Origin: Candidatus Iainarchaeum sp.
GTDB lineage: Archaea > Iainarchaeota > Iainarchaeia > Iainarchaeales > CSSED10-239
NCBI GenBank assembly: GCA_028700115.1
Contig: JAQVTI010000006.1
Coordinates: forward strand, 1 to 32,000
Length of the DNA: 32,000 nt
Direction: 5' to 3'
The notes under the pieces are model-generated. The model made no database searches. It was not told the origin of the DNA and worked only from the letters and a program-made list of their open reading frames with translations. Shown piece after piece: positions 8,841-18,446 of the stretch. Every line of letters begins with the position of its first letter. Position 1 is the stretch's first letter. The translations under genes were made by a program, and so were the position numbers.

Positions 8841-10742
8841 GTGATACATATGAATTTATTCGATGATATTAAAAAACAAGTTTCTGATAAACTTAATGAA
8901 AAAAAAGTTAATTTTTCTAAAATTGAACCAGAAGGTTCTGAAATAGCAATATATACTTCAGATCCCTCTTCTTTTTTTGAAAATAAAACTATTGTTGGAG
9001 AAGTTGCTGAGCTTTTAAAAAAAAGAATAAACATAAGAACTGATAAAAATCATCTTATGGATCCTTTGAAAGCTTTAGAAATTATTCAAAAAATTATTCC
9101 AGAAGATGCTGGTATTAAAAATATATATTTTGATTCTTATTTTTCAGAAGTAGTTATTGAAGCAAATAAACCTGGTGTTGTAATTGGTAAACAAGGAGAT
9201 GTTTCTAAATCTATTATTAAACAAACAAAATGGATTCCAAAAATAATTAGAGCCCCAAGTGCACCTTCTGAAGTTTTAAAAAAAATTAGAAATATTTATT
9301 TAAAAAATGGTAGTGAAAGAAAACAATTTTTAAAAGATGTAGCTTATAGGATATATACTCCTCTTGTTAGTCAAAAAGATTGGGTTAGAGTTACTGCTTT
9401 AGGTGGTTTTAGAGAAGTTGGAAGAAGTTCTATTCTTTTAGAAACCCCAGATACTAAAATTCTTTTAGATTGTGGTATTAATCCTGCTGATAAAAATGAA
9501 GAGGTTCCATATTTAGGAGTCATGAGGTTTCCTTTAGATGAACTTGATGCAGTTGTAATTACTCATGCTCATATGGATCATATTGGTTTTTTACCATATC
9601 TTTTTAAAGCTGGGTATAAAGGTCCTGTTTATTGTACTGAACCTACTAGAGATTTAATGGGGTTATTACTTTTTGATGCAATTGATGTTTCTTTAAAAAC
9701 AGGTAGAGAACCTCTTTTTTCTGAAGAACATGTAAAAGAAACTTTAAAACATTGTATTGTTAGAAATTTTAGAGAAGTTACAGATATTGCTCCAGGAATT
9801 AGATTAACTTTCCATGGTTCTTCACATATTTTAGGTTCTGCTTCTGCGCATTTACATATTGGTGAAGGTAAACAAAATTTAGTTTATTCTGGAGATATTA
9901 AGTATGGTTTTACAAGATTATTTAATAATATGGATATCAATTATCCAAGACTTGAAACATTAATTTTAGAATCTACATATGGTGGAAAACCAGAAATGCC
10001 TTCTAGAGTAAAATCAGAAGCTGATTTAATTAATATTATTAATGAAACTGTAGATAAAAAAGGTATTACTTTAATTCCAGTTTTTTCTGTTGGTAGAGCT
10101 CAAGAAGTTATGCTTGTTTTGGAGGATTTTTATAGAAGGGGTGTTTTAAAAACAACTAATATTTTTATAGATGGTATGACAAGAGAAGCTTCTGCAATTC
10201 ATACTGTTTATCCTGAATATTTAAAACAAAATATAAAAACTAGAATTTTACAGAATAATTCTCCTTTTATGTCTAAAATATTTAGACCTGTTGATTATGA
10301 TGATAATTCTAGAGAAAATGTATTAAAAACAGAAGGTGCTGTAATTCTAGCTTCTGCAGGTATGCTTACAGGAGGTCCTTCTTTAGGTTATTTATATGAA
10401 CTTGCAGAAAATCCAAATAATTCTTTAATTTTTGTTGGTTATCAAGCAAAAAATAGTTTAGGTTATAAAATTCAAAAAGGTTTAAAGTCTATGCCTATCT
10501 CAGATGATAAGGGAAGAACAAAAACTTTAAATATAAATTTAAGAATTGAAATAGTTGATGCTTATAGTGGTCATTCTTTTAGACAAGAGCTTTTAAATTA
10601 CATACAACATTTAAATCCAAAACCAAGAACTATTTTAGTAAATCATGGGGATTCTTGTCCAGAATTTTCTAGGTTTATTAATAAAAAATTTCATATTAAT
10701 ACAGCTTCTATTCAAAATTTAGAAAGTGTGAGATTAAGATAA
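8841..10742 (+). CDS. fttA: Archaeal CPSF1 / FttA: KH-domain beta-CASP metallo-beta-lactamase ribonuclease, transcription termination factor
   Basis: KH segment (VVIEANKPGVVIGKQGDVSKSI), HAHMDH motif (VVITHAHMDHIGFLPYLF), beta-CASP motifs; 633 aa. GTG at 8841, ATG at 8850 more likely the start. Confidence 0.95.
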   Translation: MIHMNLFDDIKKQVSDKLNEKKVNFSKIEPEGSEIAIYTSDPSSFFENKTIVGEVAELLKKRINIRTDKNHLMDPLKALEIIQKIIPEDAGIKNIYFDSYFSEVVIEANKPGVVIGKQGDVSKSIIKQTKWIPKIIRAPSAPSEVLKKIRNIYLKNGSERKQFLKDVAYRIYTPLVSQKDWVRVTALGGFREVGRSSILLETPDTKILLDCGINPADKNEEVPYLGVMRFPLDELDAVVITHAHMDHIGFLPYLFKAGYKGPVYCTEPTRDLMGLLLFDAIDVSLKTGREPLFSEEHVKETLKHCIVRNFREVTDIAPGIRLTFHGSSHILGSASAHLHIGEGKQNLVYSGDIKYGFTRLFNNMDINYPRLETLILESTYGGKPEMPSRVKSEADLINIINETVDKKGITLIPVFSVGRAQEVMLVLEDFYRRGVLKTTNIFIDGMTREASAIHTVYPEYLKQNIKTRILQNNSPFMSKIFRPVDYDDNSRENVLKTEGAVILASAGMLTGGPSLGYLYELAENPNNSLIFVGYQAKNSLGYKIQKGLKSMPISDDKGRTKTLNINLRIEIVDAYSGHSFRQELLNYIQHLNPKPRTILVNHGDSCPEFSRFINKKFHINTASIQNLESVRLR

Positions 10743-10744
10743 AT

Positions 10745-11245
10745 ATGTTTTTATTAATTACTGGAGTACCTGGTTGTGGTAAAACAACTATTTCTTCTGA
10801 AATTAAAAGAAGATATAATAAACAAAAGTTTATTATAATAAATGATTTAGATTTTTCTAAATCAAATAATTTAGGTGTTTTTGATAAAGATACAAATGAA
10901 TATGTTGTAGATTTAAAAAAATTAAATTTAGAAGTAAAAAAATATATTTTAAAAAATTCTAGAAAAAATTTAATTTTTGAAGGTCATTTATGGGCCGAAC
11001 TTTCTAAGCAATCTCTTTTAATTTTTGATTATATTTTTATAATTAATATTTCAGAAACAAAGCTTAGAGAAAGATTATTTGAAAGAAAATATAATGTTTT
11101 AAAAATTGAAGATAATATTTTTTGTCAACATACAAATTATTTTTCTGAAATTTTTAAAAATAAAAATGTTCCCCATATTTTGATAAATTCTACTGATGAT
11201 CTTAAATTAAATATTAAAAAGTTAGAAAAATATATTAAGTTTTAA
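10745..11245 (+). CDS. Adenylate-kinase-like NMP kinase (Fap7/AK6 family)
   Basis: P-loop GVPGCGKTTISSE, FEGHLWAEL and the LRERLFERKYNVLKIEDNIFCQ lid-type region. Confidence 0.85.
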   Translation: MFLLITGVPGCGKTTISSEIKRRYNKQKFIIINDLDFSKSNNLGVFDKDTNEYVVDLKKLNLEVKKYILKNSRKNLIFEGHLWAELSKQSLLIFDYIFIINISETKLRERLFERKYNVLKIEDNIFCQHTNYFSEIFKNKNVPHILINSTDDLKLNIKKLEKYIKF

Positions 11246-11316
11246 TTATTTTTTATTTTATTATATTTTATGACTATTTTATATTTGTTTTGTATATAGT
11301 ATATATGTGATTATAA

Positions 11317-12108
11317 ATGGTTGAAATATTATCTTCTGCAAGAACACAAAGTGTTAAAGATATTAAAAGAAAATCTAGAATTAAAAAAAGAAATAGTCTT
11401 ATTATTAAATGGTCTTTAATTATTATAATTGTTTTTTTACTTGTTTTTTTAATAAAAAATTATATTTTAGATAATAAACATAGTTATATTGATCAGACTA
11501 CTGGAATTGTTTTTTATTCAAAAGATTTTTTTGTTAAAGATGTTTTTAAAATTCTTGCAAATGATAAAAATATTTCTTTAGTTTTTAATATTTCTTCTCA
11601 AGATATAAATAATTTAAATTTATTTACAGAACATATTGTAAATCTTCAATCTCTTTTTTCTGCAAATAATTCTAATCCAGTTTTAATTATAACTATTATG
11701 GATTCTTTATTAGAAAATAGAAATATTCTTTCTTGTCAAACTAATTTTGGGGATATTTATAAAAATGAGCTTATTTCTTCTCAAGAGTGTAATAATTTAA
11801 TTAATAATAATTCTACTTTGATAATTATTGATTATCCAAATATAAATTTAGAAAAAACAATTGTTTCTTCTAGTGTTAAAGATAAATTTATTTATATTAA
11901 ATCTAAATCTAATACAGATTTATTATATGCAATTAATTTAATTTCAAATATGATGTTTAATAATGTTGATGATACTAAACAAAAAATTGATTATTATAAA
12001 AATAAATTAGATAAAGTTGACAATTCTGATTTTATAAATAATTTTGATTTAAATTTGGCTGTAGAAGATATAAATAATGTTATATATTCAGATAATAATT
12101 TTGATTAA
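11317..12108 (+). CDS. Hypothetical membrane-anchored protein
   Basis: 263-aa ORF with basic N terminus and one TM helix (LIIKWSLIIIIVFLLVFLIKNYIL). Confidence 0.75.
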   Translation: MVEILSSARTQSVKDIKRKSRIKKRNSLIIKWSLIIIIVFLLVFLIKNYILDNKHSYIDQTTGIVFYSKDFFVKDVFKILANDKNISLVFNISSQDINNLNLFTEHIVNLQSLFSANNSNPVLIITIMDSLLENRNILSCQTNFGDIYKNELISSQECNNLINNNSTLIIIDYPNINLEKTIVSSSVKDKFIYIKSKSNTDLLYAINLISNMMFNNVDDTKQKIDYYKNKLDKVDNSDFINNFDLNLAVEDINNVIYSDNNFD

Positions 12109-12115
12109 TTTATTT

Positions 12116-13078
12116 TTAAATAATTTGATCTATTTTTAATTCTTTTTTTAAATCAAATACATTTTCTATTTCTGTTACAGATATTATAGGTTTTTTAAAT
12201 TGTTTATAATCATCATATGTTATTCTTGGGCAGGCTGTATTAATAAAACAATCTACTTTAATTCCATATAAATATTCTTGTTTTATATAGTCTGAAATTA
12301 AAATATATGCTTTTTTATTTTTTGTTTCTATAAATTTTTTAATTTTTATTGCAATTCCCATTCTATTTTGACCTTTTTTTGTACTTACAAGTATTGCAAA
12401 TTTTTCTGCTTTTCTTGCAAGTGCAATATTTACATATCTTTGTCTAATAAATTCATCAGTTATTTCTATTTTTTTAATTTTTTTTGTAATTGGATTTATT
12501 GTTATTATTTGTTGGTTTTTATAAATAAATGCAATATTATTTATATGAAATACCCCATCTCCAATAAAAATTATTGGATTTTTTGTATCTGTTATTGTAG
12601 TACTATCACATCCTAGCACCATGTGTTTTATTACTCTTTTTGTTTTTTTTGCATCTATTATTTGTATTTTTTGTTTTTTTAGTTTATTTTTTATTTCTTT
12701 AATATTTTCTATATATTGTATAGTTGTTACTAAATTTATTTTTTTAAAGTTTAATTTTAGAATATTTTTTATAATATATTTTATTTGTTCTTTTTTTAAT
12801 TTATAGTTTATAGGTATAAAATATGTTTTTATTTTTTGTGAATTCATTTTATAATGCCCGAAATGTATAAGTACTTTGAATCCTAAATATTTTGCTTCTA
12901 AATCTTTTGTATCACAAGCTCCATAGCAAGGATCTATAAATAGTGATGGTTTGTTTTTTTTAAAAGCATCTAATATTTTTAAGCTATATTGTTTTAATCC
13001 TTCTGGAATTTGTATAGCTATTGGACTTTCGGTGATTTTTATTTTTTTAATTTCTTTAAATAGTTCTTTTTCTAACAT
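12116..13078 (-). CDS. dph2: Diphthamide biosynthesis enzyme Dph2 (4Fe-4S radical SAM-type)
   Basis: FIDPCYGACDTKDLEAKYLGFKVLIHFGHYKM; three spaced cysteines in CYGACD, VLGCDSTT and INTACPRITYDD. Confidence 0.93.
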   Translation of the reverse strand: MLEKELFKEIKKIKITESPIAIQIPEGLKQYSLKILDAFKKNKPSLFIDPCYGACDTKDLEAKYLGFKVLIHFGHYKMNSQKIKTYFIPINYKLKKEQIKYIIKNILKLNFKKINLVTTIQYIENIKEIKNKLKKQKIQIIDAKKTKRVIKHMVLGCDSTTITDTKNPIIFIGDGVFHINNIAFIYKNQQIITINPITKKIKKIEITDEFIRQRYVNIALARKAEKFAILVSTKKGQNRMGIAIKIKKFIETKNKKAYILISDYIKQEYLYGIKVDCFINTACPRITYDDYKQFKKPIISVTEIENVFDLKKELKIDQII

Positions 13079-13131
13079 GTAAATATTTATTTTAGAATAT
13101 GTTTATAAAATGTAAGTTATAAATATAATAT

Positions 13132-14511
13132 ATGGTTAAAATAGGTTTAGATAAATCCAAAGATTTTATATATAAAAAAACAAGAAAAGATGTTCTTGAA
13201 ATGATTAAACCTAGTTCTAAACAAATTATTCAAGATAAAAAATTTGTAGATTTAATTATTAAAAAAATTGAACATTTTAAAGGATCTCATATTTCTGCAA
13301 TTGTTGCAGGGTCTATTGGTAAAAATACATATATTAAAGATTCTGTTGATTTTGATATATTTGTTTTATATCCTCCTTCTTTAAAAAAAGAGAATTTTAT
13401 AAAAGAAGGCTTAATTATTGGTGAAAAAGTATTTAAAGGTTATTTTTGGGAAAAAACATATTCTCAACATCCTTATATAAGAGGTGTTATTGATGGTAAA
13501 AAAGTGGAAATTATTCCTGCTTATAAAATAGATGTTGGTGAAAATATAATTTCTGCAGTTGATAGAACTTCTTTACATTTATTTTTTATTAATAAAAATA
13601 TGTCTAATTATCAAAAAGATGATGTAAGAATATTAAAATATTTTTTAAAAAAAATAGATTGTTATGGTGCTGATTCTTCTATTAATGGGTTTTCTGGATA
13701 TTTATGTGAATTATTAATTTTATTTTATGGTAGTTTTATTAATCTTTTAGAGCATTCTGTAAATTGGTCTTTTCCAATTAAATTTGTTTTATTAAAAGAA
13801 CAAGAACCATTTTTAAATAATTTTTCTGAAAATTTAGTTGTTATAGATCCTGTAGATTCAAACAGAAATGTTGCATCTGCAGTTTCTGATAGTAATATTA
13901 GTAAATTTATTTCTGCATCTAGAGTTTTTATAGAAAATCCAAATATTGATTTTTTTAAAAAAAGAGTTGTTAATCAAATGACTTATCATCAATTAATAGG
14001 AAGATTAAATAATTTTCCATTAGGTGTAATTTGTTTTAATGTTAAAAATTTATTAAAAGAAGTGTCTTTTTCTAAAATTAAAAAAAATATTACTAAGTTA
14101 ATTAAATATTTAGAAATAAATAATTTTTATATTTTAAAAAATGATATTTATTTAGATGAAGAAAATTCTAAGGCTTATTTTATATTTATGTTTGATAAGT
14201 TTAAAATTCCTAAATTTTATTCTGCAATAGGTCCTAAGATTACAGATTTTATAAATTCTGAAAAATTTATAAATAATTCTAGTGGAAAAGGAGTTTTAGG
14301 TCCTTTTATTAAAGATGATAGATGGTATGAAATTAGACAAAGAGATAGAGTTGATATAAAATCTATTATTTTAAATTTTTTATTTTCTAATTTTGATATT
14401 CCTTCTAAATTATATATTGATAAAGAAATTAGTGATTTATATTTAAAAGAAGATATATTATCTATTTATTTTTCTGATTTTTTTATTTCTAAGGAAAAAT
14501 TTCTTTTTTAA
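13132..14511 (+). CDS. cca: CCA-adding enzyme, archaeal class I tRNA nucleotidyltransferase
   Basis: VAGSIGKNTYIKDSVDFDIFVLYPPS nucleotidyltransferase motif; QHPYIRGVIDGKKVEIIPAYKI; 459 aa. Confidence 0.94.
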   Translation: MVKIGLDKSKDFIYKKTRKDVLEMIKPSSKQIIQDKKFVDLIIKKIEHFKGSHISAIVAGSIGKNTYIKDSVDFDIFVLYPPSLKKENFIKEGLIIGEKVFKGYFWEKTYSQHPYIRGVIDGKKVEIIPAYKIDVGENIISAVDRTSLHLFFINKNMSNYQKDDVRILKYFLKKIDCYGADSSINGFSGYLCELLILFYGSFINLLEHSVNWSFPIKFVLLKEQEPFLNNFSENLVVIDPVDSNRNVASAVSDSNISKFISASRVFIENPNIDFFKKRVVNQMTYHQLIGRLNNFPLGVICFNVKNLLKEVSFSKIKKNITKLIKYLEINNFYILKNDIYLDEENSKAYFIFMFDKFKIPKFYSAIGPKITDFINSEKFINNSSGKGVLGPFIKDDRWYEIRQRDRVDIKSIILNFLFSNFDIPSKLYIDKEISDLYLKEDILSIYFSDFFISKEKFLF

Positions 14512-14683
14512 TTTTTTTAAAATATTTACTGTTATGTTGTAATTAACTTTGTTTTAGAATTTATTATTTTTTTGTATATTTTAAGAGGGTAATTGTATTT
14601 ATTACATAAAGTTAATTAATTATGTTCCATTTTGTACATCTTAATAGGTATAGTTATTATATATTTAATTTACCTTACATATA

Positions 14684-14870
14684 TTGGATTTGAGATTTTA
14701 CAAAAGATTTTACTCTGAAGACAATTTTAGGATTGGATTTTAACTAATGAGTAATTTCATCTAGGAGGTTGATAAATTAAAATGACTTTAAACAAATCCA
14801 GCGACAGTTGGGGGATATGTTTAACCAGACTATGGTGTATATGTAGATTTCCCCCATCTTGAATATTATT
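14684..14870 (+). ncRNA. Candidate structured non-coding RNA (or leader/small ORF) between cca and tRNA-Ser
   Basis: Long-range helix TGGATTTG (14685-14692) / CAAATCCA (14793-14800). Terminal hairpin AGTTGGGGGA (14806-14815) / TCCCCCATCT (14850-14859) followed by a T-rich tract. Composition atypical for this intergenic DNA. Confidence 0.4.
14782..14862 (+). CDS. Possible 26-aa small ORF
   Basis: ATG frame MTLNKSSDSWGICLTRLWCICRFPPS*, preceded by a full-strength AGGAGGT at 14763-14769 with rather long (12-nt) spacing. Overlaps the candidate structured RNA; only one interpretation may be right. Confidence 0.2.
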   Translation: MTLNKSSDSWGICLTRLWCICRFPPS

Positions 14871-14984
14871 TTTCTATTTTTTTTTATTATTTATAGTTTA
14901 TTTTTTAACTTATATATTTATATATATTTATATATTATATATTTATATAAATCTAAAACTATTTTTGTTTTTTTAAAAATATAT

Positions 14985-15067
14985 GCAGAGGTGGCGGAGT
15001 GGTCAAACGCACCAGCCTTGAGAGCTGGAGTCTTTGGACTACGCGAGTTCGAGTCTCGTCCTCTGCG
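14985..15067 (+). tRNA. tRNA-Ser (anticodon UGA)
   Basis: Acceptor GCAGAGG/CCTCTGC, anticodon stem CCAGC-CTTGAGA-GCTGG with TGA anticodon, long variable arm AGTCTTTGGACT, T-arm with GTTCGAGTC; discriminator G at 15067. Confidence 0.96.
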
Positions 15068-15198
15068 CTTTTTTAATATTAAATTATTTTTTTTTAATTT
15101 ATATTTTGGAATATTAATTTATATAAAAGCTTTTAAATACTCTTTTCTTTTATATATTATATATTTTAAAAAAATATTTTATAATATAAATTATTTTA

Positions 15199-18150
15199 GT
15201 GATTGTTATGAATGTTAAACATTTTAAATCTGATAATAAAGATTTTTTTGAAGATATGGAAAAAAGTGAAGATTCTAATTTAATTAAAGACGATTTTTCT
15301 AATGTTAAAGATAATTATTCTAATCTTGTAAATAAAGATAAAATAATAGATATTGAACAAAAAATTAATTATCAAAAAAATTTAAAGAATAATTTTGAAA
15401 AAAAAAATGATGATTTTTTAGAAAATTTAGAAGTTAAAGATAAAAATGAAGAAATACAAGAAAAAGAGTATAAAAATGAAGAAATTGATGAATTAATAAT
15501 TTCTAAAGATCTTGAAAGTGAACAAAAAATTTTACAGCAAGATTTAGAAAAAGAAATTGGTGTTATTAAAGATACTTTAGATAATGTAGGTCTATCTAAT
15601 AAAAATAAAAATATTGAAGAAAAAATAGATATTAAGCCAAAGTTAAAATTTTTACAAGACCCAAATGATGATTCTATAGTATATATTGGTAGAAAAAAAT
15701 CTGTTTTAAAACAATATGGTAAAATGGCTACAGCTTTTATAGGTAAAGTTGCAGAAGAACAATGTAAGGATAAAAAAGTACATTTAGATGGTCTAAATCC
15801 ACATGTTGTTTTTTTAGATGGGGCAAGAGGTACTGGTAAAAGTTATCTTTTAGGTGTTATTGCAGAACAACTTGCAAAAACAAATCCTTATATTGGGCAA
15901 ATAGTTATTGATCCTGTTGGGGTTTTTTGGTCTATGAAATTTCCAAATAGTGATTCTAAAGAATTACAAATTTTAAAAGAATGGAATCTTTCTCCAGAAG
16001 GGTTAAATAATTTAAAAGTTTTTGTACCAGAAGGTGTGAAAGATCAAGTTTCTAAAGAGACTTTTGATGATACTTTTTCTATGTTTCCATCTTTATTAAC
16101 TCCTGAAGATTGGTGTATAACTTTTGGGATTGATAGATTTTCTCCTGGTGGACTTCTTTTAGAAAAAACCATTTCTTTTGTAAAAAAAGGTTATATTTCT
16201 GGTGGTTCTAAAGAAAATCCAGATATTTTAAATATAAAAGCTAAAGGTAATCAATTTACATTAGATGATATTATTTTTTGTTTACAAAATAATTCTGATT
16301 TTTCATCATCTACAAAAGGATATAAACCAGATTCTATTAGAGCATTAGTATCAAGATTTGAAGCTGCAAAGTCATGGGGAATTTTTTCTGACCATGGAAC
16401 TCCTTTAAGTAAGCTTTCTAGAGAAAATCAGTTAACTGTTTTAGATACTTCTTTTTTAGATGAAAATATTACTGCATTAGTTATAGGTATTCTTGCAAGA
16501 AGAATTCTTGCTGCAAGAAAACTTTTAGCAAGACAAGATGCTGTAAAAAAGTTTTCAACAAAAGATATTGATGCAGAACAAATGCTTGAAATTGAAATAC
16601 CTCCTACATGGATGTATATTGATGAAGCTCATACATTAATTCCTTCTGGAAATACATTAACTCCTGCAACAGCAGGAATAATAGAATATGTAAAACAAGG
16701 TAGAAGACCTGGGTGTTCTTTAGTTTTTGCAACACAACAACCTTCTGCTATAAATACAAAAGTTTTATCTCAAGTTGATGTTTTAATAAGTAATAAACTT
16801 GTTTTTAATGATGATATTCATGCAATTCAAAAAAGAATGCCTGCTATAATACCTAAACAATATAAAGAACCAAATTTTATAAAAACACTTCCCTTTGCTA
16901 CAGCTCTTTGTGGGGAAAGATCTGAAGAAACTTCTAGAGCTTTTATTTTGAGAGCTGGTCCTCGTTCAAGTCAACATGAAGGTAGAGATGCAGAAACTAT
17001 CAGAGATATTCCAAAAAAATCTAATAATGAAATTTTAGATATTTGTGTTAGTATGATTTATAATAAATTAGAAAAGTCTAAAGAGTTAAAAATTAATTTT
17101 GTGAAAGATATAGTAGATGTTGTAAATGTAAAATATAAATCAAATATTTTATGGGATGATGTTTTAGATAAATTAATTTTTAAAAATGTTTTTGTAGATT
17201 CTGAATATATTTATTTAAAGAAAGATGTTTCTGATAAAGAGCACGAATTAATTAAAAAAGATATTAGAATTTTAGAAGATGATTTTGAAGAAGATTCTAT
17301 TTTAAATAATTCAAAATATTCTTCTGAAGATATAGATGATTTAGATATTTCAAATAATGATAATTTATCTATAGATAAAGAAGTAGATGGGAATGTTCTT
17401 TTAAAACAAAATTTATCTTCAAGAGTTAAGTTTCAAAATATAATTTCTTCAAGAATTTCAAGATATAAAATTGAAGATATTGTAAAATCTAAAATTAAAA
17501 AAAATATTTTATTTAAACCTAAGGAAATAATTTTAGATATTGTTTTAAAATATAGACCTATATATAAAATAAATTATAATCTTTTTGACCAAGAAAATAA
17601 TTTTAAAGCTGCACATTGTTATATTGATTCAGTTACAGGAGAATTTATTCATTTTATTAATTCTAAATTAAAAGAATCTAAAGGTTTTAGTTTATTGGAA
17701 AAATTAGAATCTGATGATTTAGATATTTTATATTTATTGCAAAAACAACAAACTCTTTTTTCTTTATCTCAAGAGCTTGGTTTAGATCAAGATTATATTT
17801 CTAAAAAATATATTTCTAAATTTGAGAATCTTTCAATAATTGATATTTCTAAAAATAATAATATTTCTATTTTTAAACTTTCTAAAGATTTTGATGTTCC
17901 ATTTAATCCAACTCATAAAATTTTATATTCTTTAGATGATTTATCTTTAAGAAAAGAAATTGTAGAATTTTTTGAAACAATTGTTTATCCAATAGATATA
18001 GTTAAAGATAATTTAAATAAACTTTGGGGGAATTTAGAAATTATTTCTATTGAAGAAATTTTCTGGCCTATTTGGTATTCTTCTTTAATTAATAATAAAG
18101 ATGTTAAACGTGAATTATTAATTGATGCTATTGTTGGAAAGGAATTATGA
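15199..18150 (+). CDS. HerA/VirB4-superfamily P-loop ATPase (large, with charged N-terminal extension)
   Basis: Walker A DGARGTGKSYLLGVI, Walker B WMYIDEAHTLIP, GRRPGCSLVFATQQPSAI; 983 aa. Start GTG 15199 or ATG 15208. Confidence 0.85.
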   Translation: MIVMNVKHFKSDNKDFFEDMEKSEDSNLIKDDFSNVKDNYSNLVNKDKIIDIEQKINYQKNLKNNFEKKNDDFLENLEVKDKNEEIQEKEYKNEEIDELIISKDLESEQKILQQDLEKEIGVIKDTLDNVGLSNKNKNIEEKIDIKPKLKFLQDPNDDSIVYIGRKKSVLKQYGKMATAFIGKVAEEQCKDKKVHLDGLNPHVVFLDGARGTGKSYLLGVIAEQLAKTNPYIGQIVIDPVGVFWSMKFPNSDSKELQILKEWNLSPEGLNNLKVFVPEGVKDQVSKETFDDTFSMFPSLLTPEDWCITFGIDRFSPGGLLLEKTISFVKKGYISGGSKENPDILNIKAKGNQFTLDDIIFCLQNNSDFSSSTKGYKPDSIRALVSRFEAAKSWGIFSDHGTPLSKLSRENQLTVLDTSFLDENITALVIGILARRILAARKLLARQDAVKKFSTKDIDAEQMLEIEIPPTWMYIDEAHTLIPSGNTLTPATAGIIEYVKQGRRPGCSLVFATQQPSAINTKVLSQVDVLISNKLVFNDDIHAIQKRMPAIIPKQYKEPNFIKTLPFATALCGERSEETSRAFILRAGPRSSQHEGRDAETIRDIPKKSNNEILDICVSMIYNKLEKSKELKINFVKDIVDVVNVKYKSNILWDDVLDKLIFKNVFVDSEYIYLKKDVSDKEHELIKKDIRILEDDFEEDSILNNSKYSSEDIDDLDISNNDNLSIDKEVDGNVLLKQNLSSRVKFQNIISSRISRYKIEDIVKSKIKKNILFKPKEIILDIVLKYRPIYKINYNLFDQENNFKAAHCYIDSVTGEFIHFINSKLKESKGFSLLEKLESDDLDILYLLQKQQTLFSLSQELGLDQDYISKKYISKFENLSIIDISKNNNISIFKLSKDFDVPFNPTHKILYSLDDLSLRKEIVEFFETIVYPIDIVKDNLNKLWGNLEIISIEEIFWPIWYSSLINNKDVKRELLIDAIVGKEL

Positions 18151-18446
18151 TTTTTATGTTAGATGAAAAAGATTTTATAAAAGATAGTTGTCTTGCAACT
18201 CCTGGCTTTGAATTTTATCCTAAAAAAAAGTTAAAAATAGATTTAGATAATCTTTCAAAAGTATTTAAAGAGCATGGATATTATATTTCAAAAAATAATT
18301 CTCCATTTTATATTCATGTGAAAACAGACATTTGTGAAGTTACTATTTTTTCTTCATTAAAGATAATTATTAAAGATTTAATTGATGAAAATAAAGCTAT
18401 ATTATCTTTTAAAAAAATTTTAAATTTAATTAATAAAGTTTTTTAA
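18147..18446 (+). CDS. Hypothetical protein, translationally coupled to the HerA-like gene
   Basis: 99-aa ORF; ATG overlaps the end of the upstream gene by 4 nt. Confidence 0.65.
   Translation: MIFMLDEKDFIKDSCLATPGFEFYPKKKLKIDLDNLSKVFKEHGYYISKNNSPFYIHVKTDICEVTIFSSLKIIIKDLIDENKAILSFKKILNLINKVF

Noticed and set aside
8813-9034. Minus-strand 73-aa ORF
   Set aside because: Antisense to the start of the aCPSF1/FttA gene.
12368-12806. Plus-strand ORFs 12368-12616 and 12621-12806
   Set aside because: Cys/Phe/Ile-rich antisense shadows of dph2.
14859-15218. 119-aa plus-strand ORF
   Set aside because: Reads straight through the tRNA-Ser gene (AEVAEWSNAPALRAGVFGLREFESRPL is translated tRNA) and low-complexity AT DNA.
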